A DNA stretch of 64,000 nt from NCBI GenBank assembly GCA_031395565.1, contig JANNUT010000137.1, forward strand, positions 11,252-75,251, read 5' to 3'. This document shows positions 37,543 through 46,468 of the stretch, one piece after another (the first letter of the stretch is position 1; every line of letters begins with the position of its first letter). The translations under genes were made by a program, and so were the position numbers. The stretch is from Acidobacteriota bacterium (GTDB lineage: Bacteria; Acidobacteriota; Polarisedimenticolia; J045). The notes beneath the pieces were generated by a model. The model saw nothing but the letters and a program-made list of their open reading frames with translations, made no database searches and had not been told where the DNA came from.

Positions 37543-37660
37543 GGAGTTTGGTAAAACCCAAGCACTGGTGAGGATCGCATCGCGGCAACTCGTCCGATGC
37601 GTGACCCCAGAACAGGCAGGCACGCCGCGTACGCAGCGTTGAACCCCGGAGGTACTGTCG

Positions 37661-38533
37661 ATGAAGACCCACTCAAAGCTCACGGCACATTCTCTCGTAA
37701 CAATTGTGCTCGTGTTGTTCACGCTACCGTTCGACCAGGCAGGCACGCCGCTCGGGACACCGCCGAACTCTGCGGGGCTCACGATGGTTGCGGAGTTCAA
37801 GACACCCGGTCTGGAGTGTGAACTCTCTGGGATTTACCCACACCCGCTGCGCACCAATCAATATTACATCGCAACCGATCGCCACCCAGCCTGTCGTCAG
37901 GGCCAGCGGACTTTGCTTCAGGAATCGCAGCGTGGCAAGTTGTTGCTCGTCGACGGACTGAGCGGTCGCATCTTGAAGATGATCGCGTTGGTTGACGGCG
38001 ACTATGGCGACATCGCTGGCAACGATGAACGACTGTTCATCTCCAGCCTCGAGCCAGCCGAGATCCTCGAGGTCGATCTCGCGACGGATAAGCTTGTTCG
38101 TCGCATCCCAGTCGCGGGTCCCGCTGGGGGACTCGAGTTTGACCGGGAGCGTGGTGCGCTAATCGCACAGTTGTTCGCTCGAATGCCCCAGTTGGCCGTG
38201 ATCGACCCTAAGACAGGCGACACCACTGAATCTCTTTGGTCGGATGAGAGCGCTATGGGTCTGGCGAAGGTCGGGAAAGACCTGCTGTGCACATGGGTCT
38301 CGAGCTTCGATGAGTTCGCGAAGAGCGAGCTCCGATTGCTCGACAACCAGACCGGCAAAGTGATCGGGCGCACGCCGTTGAGTGGTGGAGTGCATACGGC
38401 GATGGCACCGGTCTCTCGCCCTGGGGTCTCTCCCGGCTTCATGGTGTTGGTGGCAACTGACCGGGGCACCGGCGCAAGTGTCGTGCGCTCCTACGCTTAC
38501 GATGGTTCACAGGTGCAGTGGAAGCGGGATTGA
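37661..38533 (+). CDS. Secreted beta-propeller-like protein (glutaminyl-cyclase/YncE-like, tentative)
   Basis: 290-aa ORF, GGAGG RBS 8 nt upstream, signal peptide. Repeated strand-turn units (LLLVDGLSGRIL, LFISSLEPAEILEVDLATDKLV, GGLEFDRERGALIAQL, LAVIDPKTGD). Confidence 0.5.
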   Translation: MKTHSKLTAHSLVTIVLVLFTLPFDQAGTPLGTPPNSAGLTMVAEFKTPGLECELSGIYPHPLRTNQYYIATDRHPACRQGQRTLLQESQRGKLLLVDGLSGRILKMIALVDGDYGDIAGNDERLFISSLEPAEILEVDLATDKLVRRIPVAGPAGGLEFDRERGALIAQLFARMPQLAVIDPKTGDTTESLWSDESAMGLAKVGKDLLCTWVSSFDEFAKSELRLLDNQTGKVIGRTPLSGGVHTAMAPVSRPGVSPGFMVLVATDRGTGASVVRSYAYDGSQVQWKRD

Positions 38534-38560
38534 TCTCGGACGGCGTATCACGAGGCAACG

Positions 38561-41500
38561 ATGGCAGGGGCGATTAGCGCGTGGAGTCGAAATCGCAAAG
38601 CACGAGGTACGGCCGACACTCGCGGTTTCTCGCGTCTGGCCGTAGCGGGGTTCCTCGTGCTCGTTGCGATCAGCGCGGCTTCTCGTCCTGGTGGAGCGCC
38701 GACGGTGGCGATTGTGCAAGTGCCAGGATCGGCGGGAGGGGCACTCACCTCCGCCGGCGAACGAATCATCCGGCAGGCTGTGCAAGATGACGTTCGGATC
38801 GTGATCGTCGCTGTTACCTCGGTTGCAACTTCACCGGCAGTGCCCGCTTCGGCGGGGAGCGTTTCAAGTCAGAGTTGGGGATCGCTGGCGCGTGAGTTGG
38901 GGGTCTGGATCGTCGCGCCCCCTGAGACTACGAGCCAGCGTTCAGCCGTCAGCGTGGTTGCTATTAACGGGTATGGCGACCGGATCGAGTCTCAGCAGAA
39001 ACGCCACTCCAGCGGAACGGTTTCGAGTGGTGCGCTACGTGGCGATGTCTGGTCCCCACTGGCAGTCTTCGAGGAGGCAGGAACGCGCATCGGATTGACT
39101 TGGGGGTCAGATCTGAGCGTTGAGGTGCCCGCACTCGCCGCGCGGGGCGCGCAAGTGATACTCGTGTCAGGATCGTGGCCGGCTGCCGAGTGGCCGACAG
39201 CGACGATCGAGTTGCGCGAGTTGAGTCGTCGTCATGCCGTTCAGCTCGTTGTCGCACAGCCAGCGGCCGCTGGGTCTCCCAACGACCCATCCGGCCGATA
39301 TGATGTCGATGGTCTCTATCACAACGGAGTTGTCGCAGATGCTGCGCGTTGGGTAGTCATCGCAACTGCTGCCCCGCGGCGGTCGGGTCCGTCGGTCCTG
39401 GGCCTCCCGGCGATCCCGGTGCCCGCCAATCAAGCAGCCTCGGCGGAACTCGTCGAACTCGGACGCAAGCTGTTCGTCGACAAGTCGTTGTCGAGTGACG
39501 GAAAGACATCGTGCGCTAGCTGCCACGATCCCGAACAAGGCTTCACGTCGCATGTGCCGCTCGCCACTGGCGTCAACGGTTACCGAACTAAGCGCAATGT
39601 GCCCACTTTGCTGAATGTCGCGTTCCGATCAGCACTGTTTTGGGACGGGTATGCCAGTTCGTTAGAGAACCAATCGAAGTACCCGCTCAGCCATCCGCAA
39701 GAGATGGATGCGCCGTACCTTGATCAGGCTGCAGCGAAGTTGACTGCCAGCGAGACCTACCGTGAGTCGTTTCGCGCAGCCTTCGGAGGTGCATCTCCAT
39801 CAGCTGAACGCGCATCGATCGCCCTGGCCGCCTTCCAGCGCACACTTATCGCTGCCGAAAGCCGTGCCGATCGCTACCTCTATGCTGGTGATAGTGGTGC
39901 GTTGACCGATTCGGAGCGCCGCGGCTTAGACTTGTTCCGCGGAAAAGCAAATTGTACGACATGTCACACCGTCGGTCATAAGTACGCACTGTTCAGTGAT
40001 CAGGCCTTCCATGACACAGGAGTTGGTTTCGAGCGAGAGACCGGTTCACCGAGAGATGGCGGCCTCGGTTGGCTAACCGACTCTCGACGGCTAGGCCAGT
40101 TTCTCACCCCAACGTTGCGAAACGTGTCCGACACCGCACCGTATATGCATGATGGTTCGCTCGCGACGCTCGAGGACGTCGTCAACTTCTACGCAGCGGG
40201 CGGAATCCCGCATTCTGGTCTCGACCCCGGCATTACCGCGCTCGACCTCGACCAACAGGAAAGGATCGACCTAGTCACCTTCTTGCATTCGCTGAGCAGC
40301 GAGCAGCGTTTCGATACGGAGGCCCGTCCGGTCCTTAATTCCTGGCCCCGCGAAAAGCAGATCGGTGAGCGCACCGCGATCGCTGCGGTGAGGGTTACAC
40401 CGAGGCAACTGGACGTATTAGGCAATCGGGAGCGCAATGCCCGAGCCATCGGAGAGGCGGTTCAGCGAGGTGCTGAAGTAGTCGTTCTACCTGAGTACGC
40501 CGAGACCGGCAGACTGGACGGGAGTTCGGTCGAAATGGACCGACTGCTGGAGATAGCCGATGAACAGCAGAGCCGCGGTGCGTCGACCTATTCCCAATTG
40601 GCACGTCGGTACAGCGTTTGGATCTCCATCCCGCTGCTCGAGCGTGCGCCGGGTCAAGTCGACAATGTGCGGCTCGCCATATCTTTGTTCGACCCAACTG
40701 GACGCCGTCAGCTCTCGCAACCCAAACTGACGACGCGTCGTGAGCGTGGTGATGGACCCCTCACTGTCGGTGGGCCTCGCGAACTGCGAGCCGTCAACAC
40801 TCCGCTGGGTTGGCTCGCTCCGCTAGCTGGCGACGACCTGCAGGTGGGAGTCAGCCGTCTTGCAGAGTTGGGAGCCCAGGTGGTGCTCGTGTCGGCGTCC
40901 TGGGAAAAGTCTGACGCTGTCGACTGGGCGCAGCTTGCAATCGAACTCTCGCGGCGTCATCGGCTCTCCCTCGCAATCAGCGACCTTCCGACCGACGAGT
41001 CACGAACAGCGCTTTTCGCCACCACGGCCAGTGAACACGGTGAAGTTTCGGGGGTCGAAGCAGGAACTCGTCAGCCTATCGTCACGATTCGCATCGCGCG
41101 GACTGATGCGGCGCGGGTAGTCAAGCAACCACTGGGATTACCGAAGATCCCGGCACCGATGGCCTCTCCCGTGACACAACAGGCCGTCGATCTAGGGCGG
41201 ACACTCTTCAACGATCGCGGGTTATCCCGAGCCAGTTCTGTCTCCTGCGCGGATTGCCACATCCCCGAGAAAGGCTTTACAGACGGCCTTAGGGTGCCTC
41301 AAGGTTTTGCCGGACGGTTAGGGGCGCGCAACACGCCGACGCTGCTCAACGCAGTGTACCGTCCGTTCGAGTTTTGGGATGGGCACGAATCGTCGCTCGA
41401 GGAGCAAGTGCTGCACGCGGTTCAGCACTTTGCAGAGATGGATAGTTCTGCTGAACGAGTCCTGGAATATGTACGAGGCGTACCGACATATCGGCTAGCG

Positions 41501-42109
41501 TTCGAACAACTCAACGGCGACGACGAGATCGAATTCTCCGATATCGCGCGTGTGATCGCAGCCTTCGAGCGCACGCTCGTCTCCGGCAACAGTCCATTCG
41601 ATCGCTGGTACTACGGGCGCGATGAATCGTCGCTGAGCCGCGAGGCTCAGCGGGGCTACCAACTGTTCATTGGCGAGGCGCGCTGCTCGACGTGTCACCA
41701 CATTGGGACGCAAGACGCACTCTTCACCGACAACCGTTTCCACAACACCGGCATTGGCTACCACATGCGATTCGACTATCTGGGCTACAACGGCAACGGA
41801 CTCGGGGCGAACACGACGGAACGTCGAGTCTTCAGTGGGGAGTATCTGACTCCGACATTGAGAAACGTGGCGCTTACCGGGCCGTACATGCACGACGGAA
41901 GCCTGGCCACTCTCGAGGATGTAGTCGAGTTCTATGTGCGTGGTGGAACGCCAAACCCCACACTCGATTCGTCAATCAAGCCACTGTCCCGGCTTCTAGC
42001 GCGAGATAAACGCGATCTGGTGGCGTTCTTGCAGTCCCTAACCAGCAGCGACCCACTTCCGACCGGCGGTCGACCGTCCGGCCGCATGGCTCGTACGAGC
42101 CCACAATGA
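38561..42109 (+). CDS. 1182-aa membrane-anchored protein with internally duplicated architecture: (nitrilase/CN-hydrolase-like, apparently inactive) + (di-haem cytochrome c peroxidase/MauG-like), twice
   Basis: Four CxxCH sites: CASCH 39512-39526, CTTCH 39953-39967, CADCH 41246-41260, CSTCH 41684-41698. Two CCP blocks (RNVPTLLNVAFRSALFWDGYASSLENQ / RNTPTLLNAVYRPFEFWDGHESSLEEQ; PTLRNV..TAPYMHDGSLATLEDVV twice). Each is preceded by a CN-hydrolase-like region. The second keeps AEVVVLPEYAETG but has LAPLAGDDL where the catalytic Cys is expected. The first has IGLTWGSDL and no PE motif. Confidence 0.8.
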   Translation: MAGAISAWSRNRKARGTADTRGFSRLAVAGFLVLVAISAASRPGGAPTVAIVQVPGSAGGALTSAGERIIRQAVQDDVRIVIVAVTSVATSPAVPASAGSVSSQSWGSLARELGVWIVAPPETTSQRSAVSVVAINGYGDRIESQQKRHSSGTVSSGALRGDVWSPLAVFEEAGTRIGLTWGSDLSVEVPALAARGAQVILVSGSWPAAEWPTATIELRELSRRHAVQLVVAQPAAAGSPNDPSGRYDVDGLYHNGVVADAARWVVIATAAPRRSGPSVLGLPAIPVPANQAASAELVELGRKLFVDKSLSSDGKTSCASCHDPEQGFTSHVPLATGVNGYRTKRNVPTLLNVAFRSALFWDGYASSLENQSKYPLSHPQEMDAPYLDQAAAKLTASETYRESFRAAFGGASPSAERASIALAAFQRTLIAAESRADRYLYAGDSGALTDSERRGLDLFRGKANCTTCHTVGHKYALFSDQAFHDTGVGFERETGSPRDGGLGWLTDSRRLGQFLTPTLRNVSDTAPYMHDGSLATLEDVVNFYAAGGIPHSGLDPGITALDLDQQERIDLVTFLHSLSSEQRFDTEARPVLNSWPREKQIGERTAIAAVRVTPRQLDVLGNRERNARAIGEAVQRGAEVVVLPEYAETGRLDGSSVEMDRLLEIADEQQSRGASTYSQLARRYSVWISIPLLERAPGQVDNVRLAISLFDPTGRRQLSQPKLTTRRERGDGPLTVGGPRELRAVNTPLGWLAPLAGDDLQVGVSRLAELGAQVVLVSASWEKSDAVDWAQLAIELSRRHRLSLAISDLPTDESRTALFATTASEHGEVSGVEAGTRQPIVTIRIARTDAARVVKQPLGLPKIPAPMASPVTQQAVDLGRTLFNDRGLSRASSVSCADCHIPEKGFTDGLRVPQGFAGRLGARNTPTLLNAVYRPFEFWDGHESSLEEQVLHAVQHFAEMDSSAERVLEYVRGVPTYRLAFEQLNGDDEIEFSDIARVIAAFERTLVSGNSPFDRWYYGRDESSLSREAQRGYQLFIGEARCSTCHHIGTQDALFTDNRFHNTGIGYHMRFDYLGYNGNGLGANTTERRVFSGEYLTPTLRNVALTGPYMHDGSLATLEDVVEFYVRGGTPNPTLDSSIKPLSRLLARDKRDLVAFLQSLTSSDPLPTGGRPSGRMARTSPQ

Positions 42110-43137
42110 CTCTCCACACTGTCGTCGCTGCCATCGATCGTCGTGCGTTGTTGGCCACGCTGCTCGTCATGCTATTGCCAATCGCGTTACCACCGGTGCG
42201 CGCCGAAGGGGAATTCCAACTCAAGCGTGTGGTCACGCTCCCTGAAGGCTTCCGCGGCAACGTCGCGTTTGATCGCGAGAGTGCCCGCCTGTTCCTCATC
42301 TCACATGGCCCTCCTGCCAACAGCAAGGGTCCGAGTACGCTGTACGAGCTCGACCGTCAGACAGGCCGTGCCATACGCAGACGAGTTTTGCCCTTCTTGG
42401 GCGAGTTACCAGGGACAGTTGTCATCGGTGGAGTACTGTTCGTTGGCGTACCATTTGAATCGAAGGTCTACAAAGTCGAGCTTACTGAAACAGCGGAATT
42501 CGGAGCGATTCTCGGCACGCTGCGAATTCCAGATTTGACCGAGCTCGGTCCGACCGACAAAGACGATGTCTTTCGGTTCCCGTTTCTCGGTTTCCAACAG
42601 CTGGCGGCAGCCGAGGGCGGCGATCTGCTCGTCTATTCCGATGCACTAGGAAGCCTGCTGTCCTTGAGCATCAAGGATGGATCACTGGTCCGGCGGATCG
42701 ATGCGGCCAAAGGCCTGATGGGCCTAGCCCACGCGTCGGAGAACGGGTCGGCACCGCTGCTTATCGCTAACAGTAATCCGAGCATCGTTCAGTACGAGCG
42801 CGAGGCCCGCCGGTTTCAGTACCGCGCCGACCATGGCTCTGCGGCGCAGATCCGGTACGGTGCGAAGGAGGTGCTGTGGATGCTGCTTGACGCGTCGTCA
42901 GGGATTGTATTGGCGAGTCATGACGATCCGGACTCTCGCATCGATGCAGGCACCATCGCATGGACCGGACATGCCACACGGGAAGGCTCTCGCTACGGCA
43001 AGTTGAGTTTCTATGCAGTTGGACAAGAGGGATTGTTCGAGGTCGAGTGGACACCAGGAGGATCGACGGCGGGGGCGCCCGCAGCGGGCGAACCGTCGCC
43101 AGCCGCTGTCACGGATGAGTTGGCCCACTGTCACTGA
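42106..43137 (+). CDS. Secreted beta-propeller, glutaminyl-cyclase-like (tentative), family Q copy 2
   Basis: ATGA start/stop overlap with the upstream gene. Signal peptide. GNVAFDRESARLFLISHGPPANSKGPSTLYELDRQTGRAI and YGKLSFYAVGQEGLFEVEWTPG align with 34776-35861. Confidence 0.55.
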   Translation: MTLHTVVAAIDRRALLATLLVMLLPIALPPVRAEGEFQLKRVVTLPEGFRGNVAFDRESARLFLISHGPPANSKGPSTLYELDRQTGRAIRRRVLPFLGELPGTVVIGGVLFVGVPFESKVYKVELTETAEFGAILGTLRIPDLTELGPTDKDDVFRFPFLGFQQLAAAEGGDLLVYSDALGSLLSLSIKDGSLVRRIDAAKGLMGLAHASENGSAPLLIANSNPSIVQYEREARRFQYRADHGSAAQIRYGAKEVLWMLLDASSGIVLASHDDPDSRIDAGTIAWTGHATREGSRYGKLSFYAVGQEGLFEVEWTPGGSTAGAPAAGEPSPAAVTDELAHCH

Positions 43138-43195
43138 GGCGTCCATCGTCACGGCGTTCGCCGGGGTCGTAAGGCGCCAGTTCGAGGGAGGTTGA

Positions 43196-44389
43196 ATGCA
43201 TTCAGCGATTGCAATCCGAAGCAACGAGTCCGTGCCCATGATCGCAAACGGTGTCGCCTTTGGCGACCCGACCACGAGGTTCAGCGAAAGTATCCACCAT
43301 GTGTCCACTAGCCTAGAACAACGTCTAACCGAGGAGTTGATCCGCGACGGGCGCACCTCATTTGACGCCGTCACGCGGGAGTTCGCGCTCTATCAGTTAC
43401 TGGCTCGTGAAGGCTCGCGCTGCATCGACACGCTCGAGGCCGCTGCCCACGAGGATCCGAACACCGACGTGCGCATCAACGTGCTCTGGGCGCTGGAGTG
43501 GCTTGACAGCGCACGGTGCCGCGAGATCGGGCTGTCCTTGCTCGACGATCCGGATCATCGCGTGCGCGAGTGGGCTCGCGTCTTCGCCTGGGAGATGGGC
43601 TGGAGCCCTAAGGACTTTCGCTACAAACGCGAGTTCAAGCACCTGCAAGGACGCACGTTCGACCAGACGATCTATCTACACATCATGTGCAACCTCTATA
43701 TCCGAATGTCTGAGGACAACAAGACGTGGGGTCACGTGCTGCTGAGCCCTCAGACCCTAGCGCGTGTCTACGGTCAGGCGCTCGCCTGCCCGATTTTTAA
43801 GACCCGCGAGAAAGAGATTGTGATCTCCAAGACCCTCTCCGGTTTGCACGCCGACGACTCCGATCATTATGAAGCGTTCCTGTTCCGTGGCTTTACCGAG
43901 CGCACAGGGACCGATAGCGGCAATTTCTACTTCGAGACGCAGACGGAGCGGCCATTCTTCCTTTCCGGTCGCGCCAACGATGTCTCTGAGGGTTACGTAG
44001 AAAAAATGATGGTGCCGTTCGCACGTGAAGGGCAGTGGTTCTTGAATGATCATGTGACGATCGAGGATGTTCACCCCATCGAATATGTACGTGGCCTGTT
44101 CCAGGGTTGGGCATATGTCAACCTGGATAGGATCCAGCGAACAGGCGGGGAGTTCTTGTTCCCCGGCAACTCTGTGCTCTCGACCCTGCATCATCCGATC
44201 GTCGGCGAGAAGACCAACGCGTTCCTCATTGGTCGTTTCAAAGGCAAGGTGCTCGATTGGGATGGGGACGGGGTACTGGATTTGAACTACCTACCGTCGT
44301 ATGCGACTGCGAAAGGCGAGGTGGATTCCGACCTTGACGGGGTTCCCGATCAGCCTGGGCTAACAGTTAGTCTCAACCCGGCACGCTGA
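43196..44389 (+). CDS. Hypothetical protein with HEAT-like repeats (N-terminal) and Asp-rich Ca-binding-like tail
   Basis: 397-aa ORF with HEDPNTDVRINVLWALEWLDSARCREIGLSLLDDPDHRVREWA (HEAT/PBS-lyase-like) and a C-terminal DWDGDGVLDLN...DSDLDGVPD. No signal peptide seen and no family recognised. Confidence 0.45.
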   Translation: MHSAIAIRSNESVPMIANGVAFGDPTTRFSESIHHVSTSLEQRLTEELIRDGRTSFDAVTREFALYQLLAREGSRCIDTLEAAAHEDPNTDVRINVLWALEWLDSARCREIGLSLLDDPDHRVREWARVFAWEMGWSPKDFRYKREFKHLQGRTFDQTIYLHIMCNLYIRMSEDNKTWGHVLLSPQTLARVYGQALACPIFKTREKEIVISKTLSGLHADDSDHYEAFLFRGFTERTGTDSGNFYFETQTERPFFLSGRANDVSEGYVEKMMVPFAREGQWFLNDHVTIEDVHPIEYVRGLFQGWAYVNLDRIQRTGGEFLFPGNSVLSTLHHPIVGEKTNAFLIGRFKGKVLDWDGDGVLDLNYLPSYATAKGEVDSDLDGVPDQPGLTVSLNPAR

Positions 44390-44413
44390 AGTTTATCGTT
44401 GTGTATTGCGGGC

Positions 44414-44442
44414 GGTGCCGAGGGCGGATGCGCCTCGGCACC
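44414..44442 (+). terminator. GC-rich perfect 10-bp hairpin downstream of 43196-44389 (possible intrinsic terminator or attenuator; no U-tract)
   Basis: GGTGCCGAGG (44414-44423), gcggatgcg loop, CCTCGGCACC (44433-44442). Located in the 82-bp gap before the SRPBCC gene. Confidence 0.4.
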
Positions 44443-44471
44443 TAGCCTAGGCTTCGACGAGGGGAAGAAGA

Positions 44472-45227
44472 ATGTTCCATGTCGTCCGGCAGCGGGTTGT
44501 TCGCTGTAGCACTGAACACGCGTGGGCATGTCTTACCGAACCCGCGAAGCTGACGAGTTGGTTCGGCGACACCGACTCGATCTCTGTTGGAAGTACCACC
44601 CGCTTCGACTTTGGTGATGGTGACTACTTTATCGCCGAGGTTCTTGAACTAAACCGTCCGACGGACATTCACATGTCTTGGCGCTTTATGGGCATCGGCC
44701 AGACCTTTACAGTTCGTGTCCTGCTCTCGCCCCATTCAGAGGGCACTGAAGTCACGGTGATCGACCACGGCTCGCTCACAGTCGAGGAGGTCGACAGCCT
44801 GCGCGAAGGCTGGGACGACTTTCTCATGCGCCTGTCCCAATTCGTCGACAACGGCGGCTGGGTTCGATATGAATGGAGCCAGACTATTGGTATCAGTGTG
44901 ATCCTCGGCTCTCGAGCCCGTCGGCCGTTTCCGACCGAGATGGTGGACAGTGCTTGGCTCACGAAACACTTTCCAGATGCCGAGTTTGAGATCGAACGCC
45001 CTGATGAAAACATACTCACGCTACGTTTCGGTGAGCGCTCCTGGGCCGGAAAGCAAACGGAAGCTCTTCTTGAGTCGCGCGCACTCGCGCCTGATCGCCT
45101 CTACCTCGGCGTCGTGCACAAGGGCTGGGAAAACCTACCTGCCGATTCGTGTCTTCGCGAGAGAAGGCGGTACGCCGGACTTTGGCGTGAGGTCATGGCG
45201 GCATTCGAAAATGCATACGGGGAGTAA
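44472..45227 (+). CDS. SRPBCC/AHSA1 (START-like) domain protein, two domains
   Basis: 251-aa ORF. VVRCSTEHAWACLTEPAKLTSWFGD is a typical AHSA1/SRPBCC N-terminus, and a second similar half starts about WLTKHFPDAEFEIER. Confidence 0.6.
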   Translation: MFHVVRQRVVRCSTEHAWACLTEPAKLTSWFGDTDSISVGSTTRFDFGDGDYFIAEVLELNRPTDIHMSWRFMGIGQTFTVRVLLSPHSEGTEVTVIDHGSLTVEEVDSLREGWDDFLMRLSQFVDNGGWVRYEWSQTIGISVILGSRARRPFPTEMVDSAWLTKHFPDAEFEIERPDENILTLRFGERSWAGKQTEALLESRALAPDRLYLGVVHKGWENLPADSCLRERRRYAGLWREVMAAFENAYGE

Positions 45228-45259
45228 AATCTGCGCCGCGAGTCGGGTTTAAGACGACA

Positions 45260-46468
45260 ATGGGCTCGTTGCAACTCTTGTTTCATCACCGAGCGATCCA
45301 GTATTTCTGGGGGGCGGGATTTATCTCGTCGCTCGGATCCCAGATCAGTCGAATCGGCCTGCTACTATTTCTATTCAATGAACTACGTTCGGTACCGCAC
45401 CTGGTCCTGCTCGTCGCGGTCGAGACAGTTCCGGGCCTTCTGTTCATTAACGTTGCTGGGACGCTGGTCGACCGTTTTGACAAGCGAAGGATCATGATCA
45501 TAGCGGACCTGGTACGCGCCCTGCTGATGATCGTGGTTCTAATACGGCCCGACCCGCTGATTATTTACGCGATGGCCGGGCTGCATTCAGTTGCCGCGGC
45601 GTTCTTCCTGCCGGCGCGAAGCGCCGTGCTTCCTAGCCTAGTTGGGCGTCGCCAACTCGCGGCCGCCAACGGCCTGGAACAAGGAACCTCCAACCTGATA
45701 ATGATTATTGGGCCGATCGTCGGCGTTCAGTTATTCCTCGCTGGAGGCATCCGCACCTTGCTCGTGATCGACTCCGTGTCCTACGTACTCGGCGCCGCGC
45801 TCATGGGATTCGTATCTCTGAGACCCGGGCGCGCTATGTCAAATCAAAGCATCTTTGCCACGCGTCAGCCGTTGCTTCACAGCGGCTGGAGAGTGCTGTG
45901 CCAGCAGCCGGTCGCGCTGCAAATCACCTTACTCTACCTCGTCACTCAGGTATGCGTCGGTGTGTGGATCCCGCTAGCGCCTTTCTTCGTCCGCGATTTC
46001 CTACAGGGGTCCGATAGAGTGCTAGGAATCCAGATGGGAGTCTTCGGCCTAGGGGGACTAATCGGCGCGCTGCTTGCGCCAACCTTGTTGGAGCGGATCG
46101 GTCCAGGCGCCATTCTAGTAGTCGGGTTATTGGGTGAAGCAACGATCATGACGGTGTACTCGTTGGTGCCGCAGGCTGGAGTTTCGATCGCGATTATTCT
46201 GCTTTGGGGGGCGATCGTCTCGTTGATCGCCGTTCCGTTCTACTCGATGATGCAGAAATTGATCGACGAAGGCCATCTAGGACGTGTTTTTTCGTTGGTT
46301 CGGCAAGGAGAGAGCGCGGCACTTCTGGTGTCGATGGGCGTCGCGATGACCCTGAACCAACTCATGAGCGTCTCACAGGTCTTCCTGGTCGCTGGGCTAT
46401 TGTACCTATCTGTCGTGTTGGTGAGCACGTCAACCCATCGCGGTCGGCAGCTGTGGGCGTACCGATGA
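45260..46468 (+). CDS. MFS transporter (EntS/MFS_3-like)
   Basis: 402-aa ORF with about 12 hydrophobic helices. FWGAGFISSLGSQISRIGL and LVDRFDKRRIMIIADL are typical of the enterobactin-exporter-like MFS subgroup. Confidence 0.7.
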   Translation: MGSLQLLFHHRAIQYFWGAGFISSLGSQISRIGLLLFLFNELRSVPHLVLLVAVETVPGLLFINVAGTLVDRFDKRRIMIIADLVRALLMIVVLIRPDPLIIYAMAGLHSVAAAFFLPARSAVLPSLVGRRQLAAANGLEQGTSNLIMIIGPIVGVQLFLAGGIRTLLVIDSVSYVLGAALMGFVSLRPGRAMSNQSIFATRQPLLHSGWRVLCQQPVALQITLLYLVTQVCVGVWIPLAPFFVRDFLQGSDRVLGIQMGVFGLGGLIGALLAPTLLERIGPGAILVVGLLGEATIMTVYSLVPQAGVSIAIILLWGAIVSLIAVPFYSMMQKLIDEGHLGRVFSLVRQGESAALLVSMGVAMTLNQLMSVSQVFLVAGLLYLSVVLVSTSTHRGRQLWAYR

